Source of the DNA: Candidatus Daviesbacteria bacterium
GTDB lineage: Bacteria > Patescibacteriota > Microgenomatia > Daviesbacterales > UBA10151
Assembly: GCA_016176405.1 (NCBI GenBank)
Contig: JACOXG010000013.1
Span: 398 to 64,397 of the forward strand
DNA length: 64,000 bases
Direction: 5' to 3'
Shown here piece by piece: positions 29,813 to 38,107 of the stretch. The first letter of the stretch is position 1. Each line of letters starts with the position of its first letter. Position numbers and translations under genes: made by a program. The notes beneath the pieces are model-generated. The model did not search any database and was not told where the DNA came from. It saw nothing but the letters and a program-made list of their open reading frames with translations.

Positions 29813-31058
29813 TATCAAAGACCTAAAACTTGCTCCTCAAGGCAAACTGAAAATTGAGTGGGCCGGCTCCCAAATGAAGGTACTCCGACTAATCAGGGAT
29901 AGGTTTGCCAAAGAAAAACCCCTCTCCGGTATTAAAATAGCCGCCTGTTTACATATTAGTTCAGAAACTGCCAATCTGATGCTGACTCTTAAAGCAGGTG
30001 GTGCTGATGTGACTCTTTGTGCTTGTAATCCCCTCTCCACCAAAGATGATATTGCAGCATCTTTAGTCAAAGATTTTGGCATTCCCACTTTTGCCATCTC
30101 CGGCGAGGATAAGAAAACTTATTATAAACATTTAACAGCAGCTTTGGATACTCACCCGCAAATTACCATGGATGATGGAGCAGACTTGGTCACTTTGCTC
30201 CACACAGAAAGAAAATCTCAGCTAAAAGAAGTTATTGGTTCATCTGAAGAGACTACCACTGGGATGATTAGACTCAAAGCCATGCTTAAGGAGGGCGCAC
30301 TAAAAATTCCGGTAATGGCAGTGAATAATTCTTTAACCAAACATCTGTTTGACAACCGTTATGGGACTGGTCAATCCACAGTGGATGGGATACTTAGGGC
30401 AACCAATATACTTTTGGCTGGAAAAAAGGCTTTAGTTTGCGGTTACGGTTGGTGCGGCAAAGGGGTGGCAATGAGGCTTCGGGGTATGGCTGCAAATGTG
30501 GCGGTGGCTGAAGTTGATCCTGTTAAAGCATTGGAGGCTTTGATGGATGGGTTTGTAGTTAGAACAATCAAGGATGCCATAAAAGACAATGATCTGGTGA
30601 TTACTGCCACCGGTAATAAATCAGTCATCACAGTATCTGATCTTAAAAAAGCCAAAGACGGGATAATTGTGGCCAACACCGGCCACTTTAATGTGGAATT
30701 TGATTATGAGGGAATTGTTAAAGCTGCCAAAAGTAGAAGAACTTTAAGAGAAAATTTAGAGGAGATTACCTTTGAGGGAGACAAAAAAATTTTTGTTTTA
30801 GCAGAAGGCAGGCTGGTCAATTTAGTCACTGCTGAAGGTCATCCACCGGATGTGATGGATATGAGCTTTGCTAACCAAGCATTAGCTGCAGAATATTTAG
30901 TTCAAAACAAGAGCAAGCTTAAAGTAGGAATTCACACCATTCCTGCTCAGTTAGATCAAATGATAGCCCAACTGAAACTTGAATCTCTCGGTATTTCCAT
31001 TGATAAATTAACTGAAGAACAAAAGAAATATCTATCCTCTTGGCAAGAGGGAACTTAA
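29802..31058 (+). CDS. ahcY: adenosylhomocysteinase (S-adenosyl-L-homocysteine hydrolase)
   Basis: IAACLHISSETANLMLTLKAGGADV, the NAD-binding GYGWCGKGVA, and HPPDVMDMSFANQALA are all SAHH hallmarks. Confidence 0.9.
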   Translation: MKYDIKDLKLAPQGKLKIEWAGSQMKVLRLIRDRFAKEKPLSGIKIAACLHISSETANLMLTLKAGGADVTLCACNPLSTKDDIAASLVKDFGIPTFAISGEDKKTYYKHLTAALDTHPQITMDDGADLVTLLHTERKSQLKEVIGSSEETTTGMIRLKAMLKEGALKIPVMAVNNSLTKHLFDNRYGTGQSTVDGILRATNILLAGKKALVCGYGWCGKGVAMRLRGMAANVAVAEVDPVKALEALMDGFVVRTIKDAIKDNDLVITATGNKSVITVSDLKKAKDGIIVANTGHFNVEFDYEGIVKAAKSRRTLRENLEEITFEGDKKIFVLAEGRLVNLVTAEGHPPDVMDMSFANQALAAEYLVQNKSKLKVGIHTIPAQLDQMIAQLKLESLGISIDKLTEEQKKYLSSWQEGT

Positions 31059-31061
31059 ACC

Positions 31062-31622
31062 ATGCGATTCTTCGTTGCACTTGAAATTCCTGAGGAAAAT
31101 AAAAAACAATTTCAGCAGATTCAAATAAATTTACAAAATCTTCTTCCCAAAATTAGACTGACTGATTTGGAAAAAATCCATCTCACTTTAGCCTTTATTG
31201 GAGAACAACCAGATCATTTAAAAGATAACTTAGCTTCAGTCATTAAACAGGCAGCTTACGGAATTCCTAATTTTGAGGTGACTCCTGCCTATATTGATGG
31301 ATTTCCTAATATTCATCATCCACAAAATCTTTGGGTAGGGGTTAAAGGAGATATAGATAAGATTCTTTTGATAAGAGAAAGGGTTAAAGATGGGTTGGAG
31401 ATTTTACACTTACCAGTTGATGAGAGAAGATTTATTCCTCATGTCACCATTGCCAAGTTTAATAATCATATTAGAATTTATAGAAAATTGGAGGTTGAAC
31501 TGGAAAAAATTATGACCATGTTATTTGATCCAATTAAAATTTCCTCTATCAAACTATTTGAATCAATCCCCTCTGGGGATTTCCATAAACATAATACTTT
31601 AGCTGAGGTTAGGCTTTTATAA
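31062..31622 (+). CDS. thpR: RNA 2',3'-cyclic phosphodiesterase (2H family, ThpR/LigT)
   Basis: Two HxT/S motifs: HLTLAFIG and HVTIAKF. Confidence 0.8.
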   Translation: MRFFVALEIPEENKKQFQQIQINLQNLLPKIRLTDLEKIHLTLAFIGEQPDHLKDNLASVIKQAAYGIPNFEVTPAYIDGFPNIHHPQNLWVGVKGDIDKILLIRERVKDGLEILHLPVDERRFIPHVTIAKFNNHIRIYRKLEVELEKIMTMLFDPIKISSIKLFESIPSGDFHKHNTLAEVRLL

Positions 31623-31678
31623 CCCCTGGCGCTTGACAAGAAGATAAATTTTGCTTAATCTATACATATAGGGTATTA

Positions 31679-31707
31679 AAGGACTTACTTTAGGTCCTTA
31701 TTTTTTT
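31679..31707 (+). terminator. rho-independent terminator hairpin (AAGGAC-ttactttag-GTCCTT) followed by ATTTTTTT
   Basis: Inverted repeat plus T-tract read directly from the sequence. A TTGACA-N17-TAATCT promoter-like element lies just upstream at 31633-31661. Confidence 0.55.
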
Positions 31708-31715
31708 CAAAGCTT

Positions 31716-31901
31716 ATGCCAAGACCAGTTGAAGCCGCCCTAAATTCTGACTCTTCTACCTCAGCTGATTTAGTAGAGGAAAACAAAGATAGTCTTTTGA
31801 GAATGCCAGTTTTTGGGCGAGGACGCAGAAGATTTGGAAGACCTGGAAGAATTGGAAAATCACGAAGAATACTCAATCTATCCAATTCACATTCTGATTA
31901 A
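31716..31901 (+). CDS. hypothetical small basic protein (61 aa, Arg/Gly-rich C-terminus)
   Basis: ORF MPRPVEAALNSDSS...RMPVFGRGRRRFGRPGRIGKSRR. No recognisable RBS, so coding status is uncertain. Confidence 0.25.
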   Translation: MPRPVEAALNSDSSTSADLVEENKDSLLRMPVFGRGRRRFGRPGRIGKSRRILNLSNSHSD

Positions 31902-31910
31902 AGTTAAATT

Positions 31911-32756
31911 TTATTTACTTCCCAGATAATACACATCTTTTTTGTACCTGTAGTCTGAGAATTGAAACTCACCTTTGCCATCAATTATAGCCTGATGAAG
32001 CTGGCAATCCTGACAAAGATCCTCCCCTTTAATACAAACCCAAATACCTTCTTCCAAAGCCTGTTTAAGTTGTTTGGCTTTTTCTTTTAGCCACTCCAGC
32101 TTTGGCTCCAGTGGATCTAAAACAATGGCTCTGGGACTATCATCTCTATCTAAATACCAAAATGAGGCAACAGAAACTACTTTTCCTAAATTAGCCTCTG
32201 CCAAAATAGCATAAATATAAAGCTGAATCGGGTCTTTTTCATCCGTGACACCTGTTTTAAAATCTAAAACATGCAAGGTTTGATCTTCTCTTTCCCCCAC
32301 AAAATCAAAATTACCCATTAAAATAACATCTTCAAAAAGCGGATATTTAGGAAATGAAATAGCTGGAGCCCCTTTTTCCAAAATTTTGGCATTTTGAAAA
32401 AAATTATCTATCATTTTTAAACCTCTTTTACCAAAAGTGGCCTCCTCTTCTCTGGAGCTAAAACCTCCTCTTTTGCCGGAATATTTCAGCCAAAAATTTC
32501 TAAATTTTTTAATCAGTTGATCTTGACTGACCTGTCCACCCATCTCCAAATACCATTTCACACTATCATGAACTGTGGAACCTAAAGATAGGTGAGGAGA
32601 AGCAATCTGGATTCTAAAACCAGTTTCTTTTCGTTTATAAATATTTTTCAGATAATAGCTTCTGGGACATTTTAAAAAATCAGATAAAGAAGTATAGGAA
32701 ATAAAAATGGGGTCTTTGATAAAACCAGTTTGAGGTTTAGTAATCATAATATGCAA
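31911..32756 (-). CDS. PD-(D/E)XK nuclease, RecB/Cas4-like with a four-Cys Fe-S cluster arrangement
   Basis: One N-terminal Cys (LKCPRSY) plus a C-terminal [12 protein letters not shown] cluster; D...E.K core ([11 protein letters not shown]...VLDFKTG). There is no CRISPR context. Confidence 0.5.
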   Translation of the reverse strand: MHIMITKPQTGFIKDPIFISYTSLSDFLKCPRSYYLKNIYKRKETGFRIQIASPHLSLGSTVHDSVKWYLEMGGQVSQDQLIKKFRNFWLKYSGKRGGFSSREEEATFGKRGLKMIDNFFQNAKILEKGAPAISFPKYPLFEDVILMGNFDFVGEREDQTLHVLDFKTGVTDEKDPIQLYIYAILAEANLGKVVSVASFWYLDRDDSPRAIVLDPLEPKLEWLKEKAKQLKQALEEGIWVCIKGEDLCQDCQLHQAIIDGKGEFQFSDYRYKKDVYYLGSK

Positions 32757-32785
32757 ATTTTACTCTCAATTTTGTTAGAATACCA

Positions 32786-32923
32786 ATGATGATTGTTTTG
32801 GGCATTGAAACATCTTGTGATGAGACAGCTGCAGCTGTTTTGGAACAAAAAGGGGGACGGATACAAATATTATCCAATGTTGTGGCATCATCTGCATCCT
32901 TACAAGCTAAATATTACCCGTGA
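32786..32923 (+). pseudogene. tsaD: tsaD N-terminal segment in a different frame from the main tsaD ORF
   Basis: [24 protein letters not shown]...LQAKYYP then TGA. This is the canonical Kae1/TsaD N-terminus (GIETSCDET). The main ORF continues at 32920 in the -1 frame, and about 18 codons (the GGVVPE..R.H block) are missing relative to TsaD homologues. Confidence 0.5.
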
Positions 32924-33828
32924 TTGAGACTGCGCTGAACGGATCACGGATTACGAATCACGAATTAGATGCCATTGCTGTAACCTATGGCCCAGGCCTA
33001 ATTGGTTCACTTTTGGTGGGAGTAGAAACAGCTAAAACTTTAGCATACGTTTGGAATAAACCACTTATTCCAGTTAACCACCTCATAGGGCACTTCTATG
33101 CTAACTGGATAACCTCAGCTCACCTCCGAGGTGAAACTAAGGTGTCACCAAGATCACACCTCGGAGGTGTACCTAAGTTTCCCTGCTTGGGTCTACTGGT
33201 CTCTGGTGGCCATACAGACTTGGTACTATTTCATGATCATAGTAAATATACTTACCTTGGTGGAACTAGAGACGATGCGGCAGGAGAGTGTTTTGATAAA
33301 TGTGCCCGCCTGTTAGGTTTACCCTATCCAGGTGGACCAGCCATTTCTAAACTGGCCAAAAAGGGTGATCCTAATAAATTTAAATTACCTACCCCAATGA
33401 AAGGCATCAAAGGCTTTGATTTTTCCTATTCTGGTCTGAAAACTGCAGTAGCAAACCTTTTGCACACCTCCGAGGTGAAGGCTAGGTTACAGCAAGATCA
33501 CACCTCGGAGGTGAAACAGGATTTGGCAGCTTCAATTGAGGAAACTATAGCTAATTCTTTAATTGATAAGGTTATCTTAGCAGCAAAAAAATATAAAGTT
33601 GAACAAATTATGGTTGCAGGAGGAGTAGCTGCTAACCAGAAATTAGTGGACAGGTTACAGGATACAGTGAACAGTATGAATCCAAAGATCAGCTTACACG
33701 TACCACCTGCCCATCTTTGCACGGACAATGCTGCCATGATTGCAGCAGCCGCCTTTTTCCAAAAACCTATTAATCCGCCAGCTGGCGGACCCCTCTCTTT
33801 ACAGGCAGACCCTAATTTGACTTTATAA
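32920..33828 (+). CDS. tsaD: tRNA N6-adenosine threonylcarbamoyltransferase TsaD (Kae1/Gcp family), body of the gene
   Basis: [26 protein letters not shown] metal site, [49 protein letters not shown]. Carries two in-frame palindromic insertions. Confidence 0.8.
   Translation: MIETALNGSRITNHELDAIAVTYGPGLIGSLLVGVETAKTLAYVWNKPLIPVNHLIGHFYANWITSAHLRGETKVSPRSHLGGVPKFPCLGLLVSGGHTDLVLFHDHSKYTYLGGTRDDAAGECFDKCARLLGLPYPGGPAISKLAKKGDPNKFKLPTPMKGIKGFDFSYSGLKTAVANLLHTSEVKARLQQDHTSEVKQDLAASIEETIANSLIDKVILAAKKYKVEQIMVAGGVAANQKLVDRLQDTVNSMNPKISLHVPPAHLCTDNAAMIAAAAFFQKPINPPAGGPLSLQADPNLTL
33121..33169 (+). repeat. 49-bp palindromic element (13-bp perfect terminal inverted repeats CACCTCCGAGGTG / CACCTCGGAGGTG) inserted in-frame in tsaD, copy 1
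   Basis: Read directly. Encodes [17 protein letters not shown], an insertion relative to TsaD homologues between the HxxGH site and the LVSGGHT motif. Confidence 0.75.
33465..33513 (+). repeat. 49-bp palindromic element, copy 2, inserted in-frame in tsaD in a different reading phase
   Basis: Same 13-bp arms; the 23-nt loop ends in the same caagatca as copy 1; encodes [18 protein letters not shown]. Confidence 0.75.
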
Positions 33829-33877
33829 ACTAGATTCAATAGAATGTGTCATCAATTACTAGCTTTAGCTTATTTTT

Positions 33878-34246
33878 ATGAAAGAGAGAATATTAGAAAA
33901 AAACCGATCAGTGCACAAGGCTCTCCAGGGAGTAACCATGGTTAATCCTAATCCTGAGAGTTATTTCCCTTATTTGGGGCCAGTGCGACTTTGGGGAGTA
34001 AGTGTAGGAGACAGTAGAAAACTTTTTCTAAAAGACCCTTCATTCCCTACACAAACCTATCACGAGGATAACATATATAGAATGTTAGGCGTTAGTATCA
34101 GACCTTTACAAGGCATACTTACGGTAAAATATCTTGACTTTGCGGAAAGAACACATACTCAAACCTTTAATCTTACTAACATCCCCTATCAATCTATGGT
34201 ACTTTTTAACAGTGTGGTGATACCTAATCGGTATCCCCAGAATTAA
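33878..34246 (+). CDS. hypothetical protein
   Basis: 122-aa ORF, no recognisable motif. Confidence 0.35.
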   Translation: MKERILEKNRSVHKALQGVTMVNPNPESYFPYLGPVRLWGVSVGDSRKLFLKDPSFPTQTYHEDNIYRMLGVSIRPLQGILTVKYLDFAERTHTQTFNLTNIPYQSMVLFNSVVIPNRYPQN

Positions 34247-34289
34247 AAGATAGGTTGACCATAAAGTTAGCTTCCCATATACTTACTGC

Positions 34290-36347
34290 ATGGATAAGGT
34301 ATACAAACAAAACCAAGTTGAACAAAAATGGTATAAGTTTTGGGAAGAAAATGGCTTTTTTAAACCTGAAATAAACCCTTCTGGCAAACCGTATGTTATT
34401 ACCATGCCTCCCCCTAATGTCACAGGAGAACTACACCTGGGCCATGCTTTAACTGCTTCCATTGAGGATTTGCTGATCAGATATCATAGAATGAAGGGTG
34501 AAGCTGCCCTTTGGATCCCAGGAGTTGATCATGCTGGTATCGCCACTCAGGTGGTGGTAGAAAAAGAATTAGCCAAAGAAGGTAAAACCAGACATGATTT
34601 AGGTAAAGATGAATTTTTAAAAAGAGTTTGGGGGTGGGTCAAGAAATATGGCCAAAGAATTGATGAACAGCATAAAAAATTGGGAGTATCGGCTGATTGG
34701 TCCAGAAGAAGATTTACCATGGATGATGATTACCAAGAGGCGGTGCAGGAGGCATTCAATAGATTAAAAAGGAAAGATTTGATCTATCAAGACACGAAAA
34801 TAACCAGTTGGTGCTCTCGTTGTTCAACAGTTTTATCTGACTTGGAAAGTATCTACAAGGAGGAAAGGGCTAAACTTTATTATCTTGATTATGGTTCAAT
34901 CCAAATTGCCACCACCCGACCTGAAACCATATTTGCAGATGTGGCTGTGGCCGTGCCTCCTAAAAAAGCCAAAGCTAAAGTGGCCACCATCCCACTTATT
35001 AATTTAGACATCCCCATTATTGAGGATGGTTTAGTTGATCCCAAATTTGGAACAGGAGCCCTTAAGATTACACCTGCCCATGACCCTTTGGACTTTCAGA
35101 TCTGGCAAAAACATAAAAGTCAAATAAAAGAATTTCCTGTAGTGATCAATGCGGATGGATTATTAGTTAATGATAAACGCACACCCAAAGAGTTTACAGG
35201 ATTAAAAGTTGCTCAGGCCAAAGAGTCAGTTGTGGAATCTTTAAAGAAGGCAGGAAAACTGATTCAAGAAGAAAATATCACTCATTCCGTGGCGCATTGT
35301 CAGCGTTGTGATACTGTGATTGAACCAATGGTATCTTTACAGTGGTTTATTAAGATGCAACCTCTTGCCAAACCAGCCATAAGTGCTGTCAAATCTGGCC
35401 AGATTAAAATTATCCCCAAAAGATTTGAAAAAGTTTACTTTCAATGGCTAGAAAATATTCAGGACTGGTGTATTTCTAGGCAGATTTGGTGGGGTCATGA
35501 AATTTTAGAAGGTGGGGACGTATTAGACACCTGGTTTTCCTCATCTCTTTGGCCATTTGCCACTTTGGGCTGGCCAAAAGAAACTGAAGATCTAAAATAT
35601 TTTTATCCCACTACTGTGATGGAAACAGGCTATGACATTCTCTTTTTTTGGGTAGCCCGAATGATCATGATGGGACTGGAGATGACTGATCAGGCCCCAT
35701 TCCAGACAGTCTATTTACATGGATTAATCAGAGATCCATTAGGCCAAAAAATGAGTAAATCCAAAGGTAATGTGATTGAGCCACTGCTGATGGCAGATAA
35801 ATATGGTACTGATGCCCTGAGAATGTCACTGGTAGTTGGCAATACTCCAGGCAAAGATATGAGATTATCTGAACCAAAAATTCAAGGTATGCGCAATTTC
35901 ACCAATAAACTTTGGAATATCGGCAGATTTATCATTGATTTTGCCCCAGATGATGCCAAACATTTGGACAAAAATGTTTCGATCGAAAACAAAATGTCCA
36001 ATCCAGCTGATCGGGAAATTTTGGATCAGCTCAGTCATACCATCCAATCTGTCACAGAATCAATTGAAAAATATAGATTTCATGATGCAGCAGAAGCTTT
36101 ATATGAATTTATTTGGCATCAGTTTGCAGATAAATATATTGAATCCACCAAGAATAGGCGGACGGAAGCTCAACCTGTTTTAGAATATGTCTTCAGAACT
36201 TCCTTAGAACTCCTCCATCCATTCATGCCTTTTATAACCGAGGAACTATGGCAAGGGCTACCTCACCAAGCAGCCTCAATTATGGTCACCAAATGGCCAT
36301 CCGGTAATAATTTAGGCACGAATTCCCGCAAAATCAACGCAAATTAG
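34290..36347 (+). CDS. valS: valyl-tRNA synthetase (short form without the C-terminal coiled-coil)
   Basis: PPPNVTGELHLGHA (ValRS-type HIGH region), GVDHAGIATQ, editing-domain region, KMSKS (GQKMSKSKGNV), anticodon-binding domain. Confidence 0.8.
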   Translation: MDKVYKQNQVEQKWYKFWEENGFFKPEINPSGKPYVITMPPPNVTGELHLGHALTASIEDLLIRYHRMKGEAALWIPGVDHAGIATQVVVEKELAKEGKTRHDLGKDEFLKRVWGWVKKYGQRIDEQHKKLGVSADWSRRRFTMDDDYQEAVQEAFNRLKRKDLIYQDTKITSWCSRCSTVLSDLESIYKEERAKLYYLDYGSIQIATTRPETIFADVAVAVPPKKAKAKVATIPLINLDIPIIEDGLVDPKFGTGALKITPAHDPLDFQIWQKHKSQIKEFPVVINADGLLVNDKRTPKEFTGLKVAQAKESVVESLKKAGKLIQEENITHSVAHCQRCDTVIEPMVSLQWFIKMQPLAKPAISAVKSGQIKIIPKRFEKVYFQWLENIQDWCISRQIWWGHEILEGGDVLDTWFSSSLWPFATLGWPKETEDLKYFYPTTVMETGYDILFFWVARMIMMGLEMTDQAPFQTVYLHGLIRDPLGQKMSKSKGNVIEPLLMADKYGTDALRMSLVVGNTPGKDMRLSEPKIQGMRNFTNKLWNIGRFIIDFAPDDAKHLDKNVSIENKMSNPADREILDQLSHTIQSVTESIEKYRFHDAAEALYEFIWHQFADKYIESTKNRRTEAQPVLEYVFRTSLELLHPFMPFITEELWQGLPHQAASIMVTKWPSGNNLGTNSRKINAN

Positions 36348-36354
36348 CCGCAAA

Positions 36355-37128
36355 TCAATCTTTTTTAGGCTCCTCCGGAGTAGTTTCAGTAGGTTCAGCT
36401 GGTTTTTCTCCCTCAGCAGGAGCTTCTCCCTCAGCTGGGGCAGCTTCTTCGCCTTCTGCAGCTACTCCCTCAGCCGGAACTTCAGCTCCTGCCTCAGCAG
36501 CTGCTTCAGCAGCCGCGGCAGCTTTTTCAACTGCCTCCTCTTCCAATAACTTCTCCATCTCCTCTGAAACAGCTGGAGCTAACTTGACCACAATTTCTTC
36601 AGGATCGGCATTGATGGTAATTTTTTCTCTATCCACACCTAACTGTCCCACTGTAACGGCATCATCAATTTGTTTAAGAGCAGATACATCCACCTCAATT
36701 TTTTCTGGTAAATCAGTAGGCAAAGCCTCCACCTCCACCTCATTTAAGGTTTGCAAAACAATCGCCTCCCCCAAATGAACTGCCTCAGGCTGCTCACCCA
36801 CTTGTTCAATCGGTACAGATACCTTCACCTTCTCAGACAAATTAACCTGATAAAAATCAATGTGAATTGGTTCCGAAGTCATAGGATCATACTGTACTTC
36901 TCGAATTAAAACCGGCCTAACCTTCTCAGAACCAATTTTTAGATCAATCAGTCCAGTCTCACCAGCAGCCGCAAAAGTTTTAAGAAATTCTTTGGCCTTA
37001 ACACTAACTAGCTCTCCCTCTACCCCTTTACCAAAAACATGGCCGGGTAAAATTCCATCAGAGCGCAATTTCTTCACCTTTTTGCCAACAATTTTTCTAT
37101 CATCAGCATTTAAACTTAATCTATCCAT
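36355..37128 (-). CDS. rplY: 50S ribosomal protein bL25 (general stress protein Ctc form) with an acidic Ala/Glu/Pro-rich C-terminal tail
   Basis: MDRLSLNADDRKIVGKKVKKLRSDGILPGHVFGKG is the conserved L25 N-terminus; two-domain Ctc architecture. Confidence 0.8.
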   Translation of the reverse strand: MDRLSLNADDRKIVGKKVKKLRSDGILPGHVFGKGVEGELVSVKAKEFLKTFAAAGETGLIDLKIGSEKVRPVLIREVQYDPMTSEPIHIDFYQVNLSEKVKVSVPIEQVGEQPEAVHLGEAIVLQTLNEVEVEALPTDLPEKIEVDVSALKQIDDAVTVGQLGVDREKITINADPEEIVVKLAPAVSEEMEKLLEEEAVEKAAAAAEAAAEAGAEVPAEGVAAEGEEAAPAEGEAPAEGEKPAEPTETTPEEPKKD

Positions 37129-37165
37129 AATTAAACTCCTAATTTAACAAAAAAACACTGATTAT

Positions 37166-38008
37166 TCAAGCTGAACTTAGGATGACTACTCCCAGTAGTA
37201 GAATGATTGCTCCAATCATCACCTGGATTTTCTGCTTCTTTTGGGTAATTTCTCTAAAATAAACTAAACCCCAAACTACTGCCACTAACACTGCCACTTG
37301 AGTCAGTGGTAATCCTTTAGCCAAACCAATCAAAGATATGGCCATCACCCCCAATAGATTACCAATATTCCAAATTATGCCTGATAACAGACTTTCTTTT
37401 AAAGCTTCTTTTTCCAACTTTATTCTTTTTATCAAAAATGTCACCAACCCTGTTAAAAAAATCCCCAAAGACATGGAAAAGAAAAAATCCCGAGCCTCAA
37501 TCTGGCCTATTTTAACCGGCACAAATTGACTACCAAACATCAAACCTGCCACGATTGCAGCCAGTAACCCTTTTCTGACATTTTGACTTTGAGCATTGCC
37601 GGTGGAACTGACCAAAACTACTCCCAAAATAATCAGTCCAATCCCACTAAAACCTGCTTTCATACCAGTAGACAACTCATTGAATACTACTGTTCCCCAC
37701 AGAAAGGAGCTTAAGATCACCAGAGAAGCCAGAATTGGAGCAGCTCTGGAAATACCCAAATTTAATACCGCACTTAATGAAATAGTATTAGCAATTGCCC
37801 AAATTACTCCAGTTAAAACTCCAAAAATATTAAAACTTAAAGGAAAACCCATCATAATAGATAGAATTATGCCGGAAATTAAAATACCAATCGTCATCAC
37901 AAACTGAAATAAAATCAATTTGTGAGATTTAGACTTTTTAAAGGGAACAAAATATGAACCCCAAGCCAAAGCTGCCCCTAAAGCAGACAAAACACCTAAA
38001 TTTTCCAT
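37166..38008 (-). CDS. polytopic membrane protein, possibly DMT-superfamily transporter
   Basis: 280 aa, about 9-10 hydrophobic helices; the two halves look internally similar. Confidence 0.3.
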   Translation of the reverse strand: MENLGVLSALGAALAWGSYFVPFKKSKSHKLILFQFVMTIGILISGIILSIMMGFPLSFNIFGVLTGVIWAIANTISLSAVLNLGISRAAPILASLVILSSFLWGTVVFNELSTGMKAGFSGIGLIILGVVLVSSTGNAQSQNVRKGLLAAIVAGLMFGSQFVPVKIGQIEARDFFFSMSLGIFLTGLVTFLIKRIKLEKEALKESLLSGIIWNIGNLLGVMAISLIGLAKGLPLTQVAVLVAVVWGLVYFREITQKKQKIQVMIGAIILLLGVVILSSA

Positions 38009-38107
38009 TAATCTACTATATAGTAATCATCAGGAAGTTTAAAGTCTCTTTGTCTAACCTTGCATGTTATCCAAATAAAACCCATAGTTTCTCACGTGAG
38101 CGGAGGC

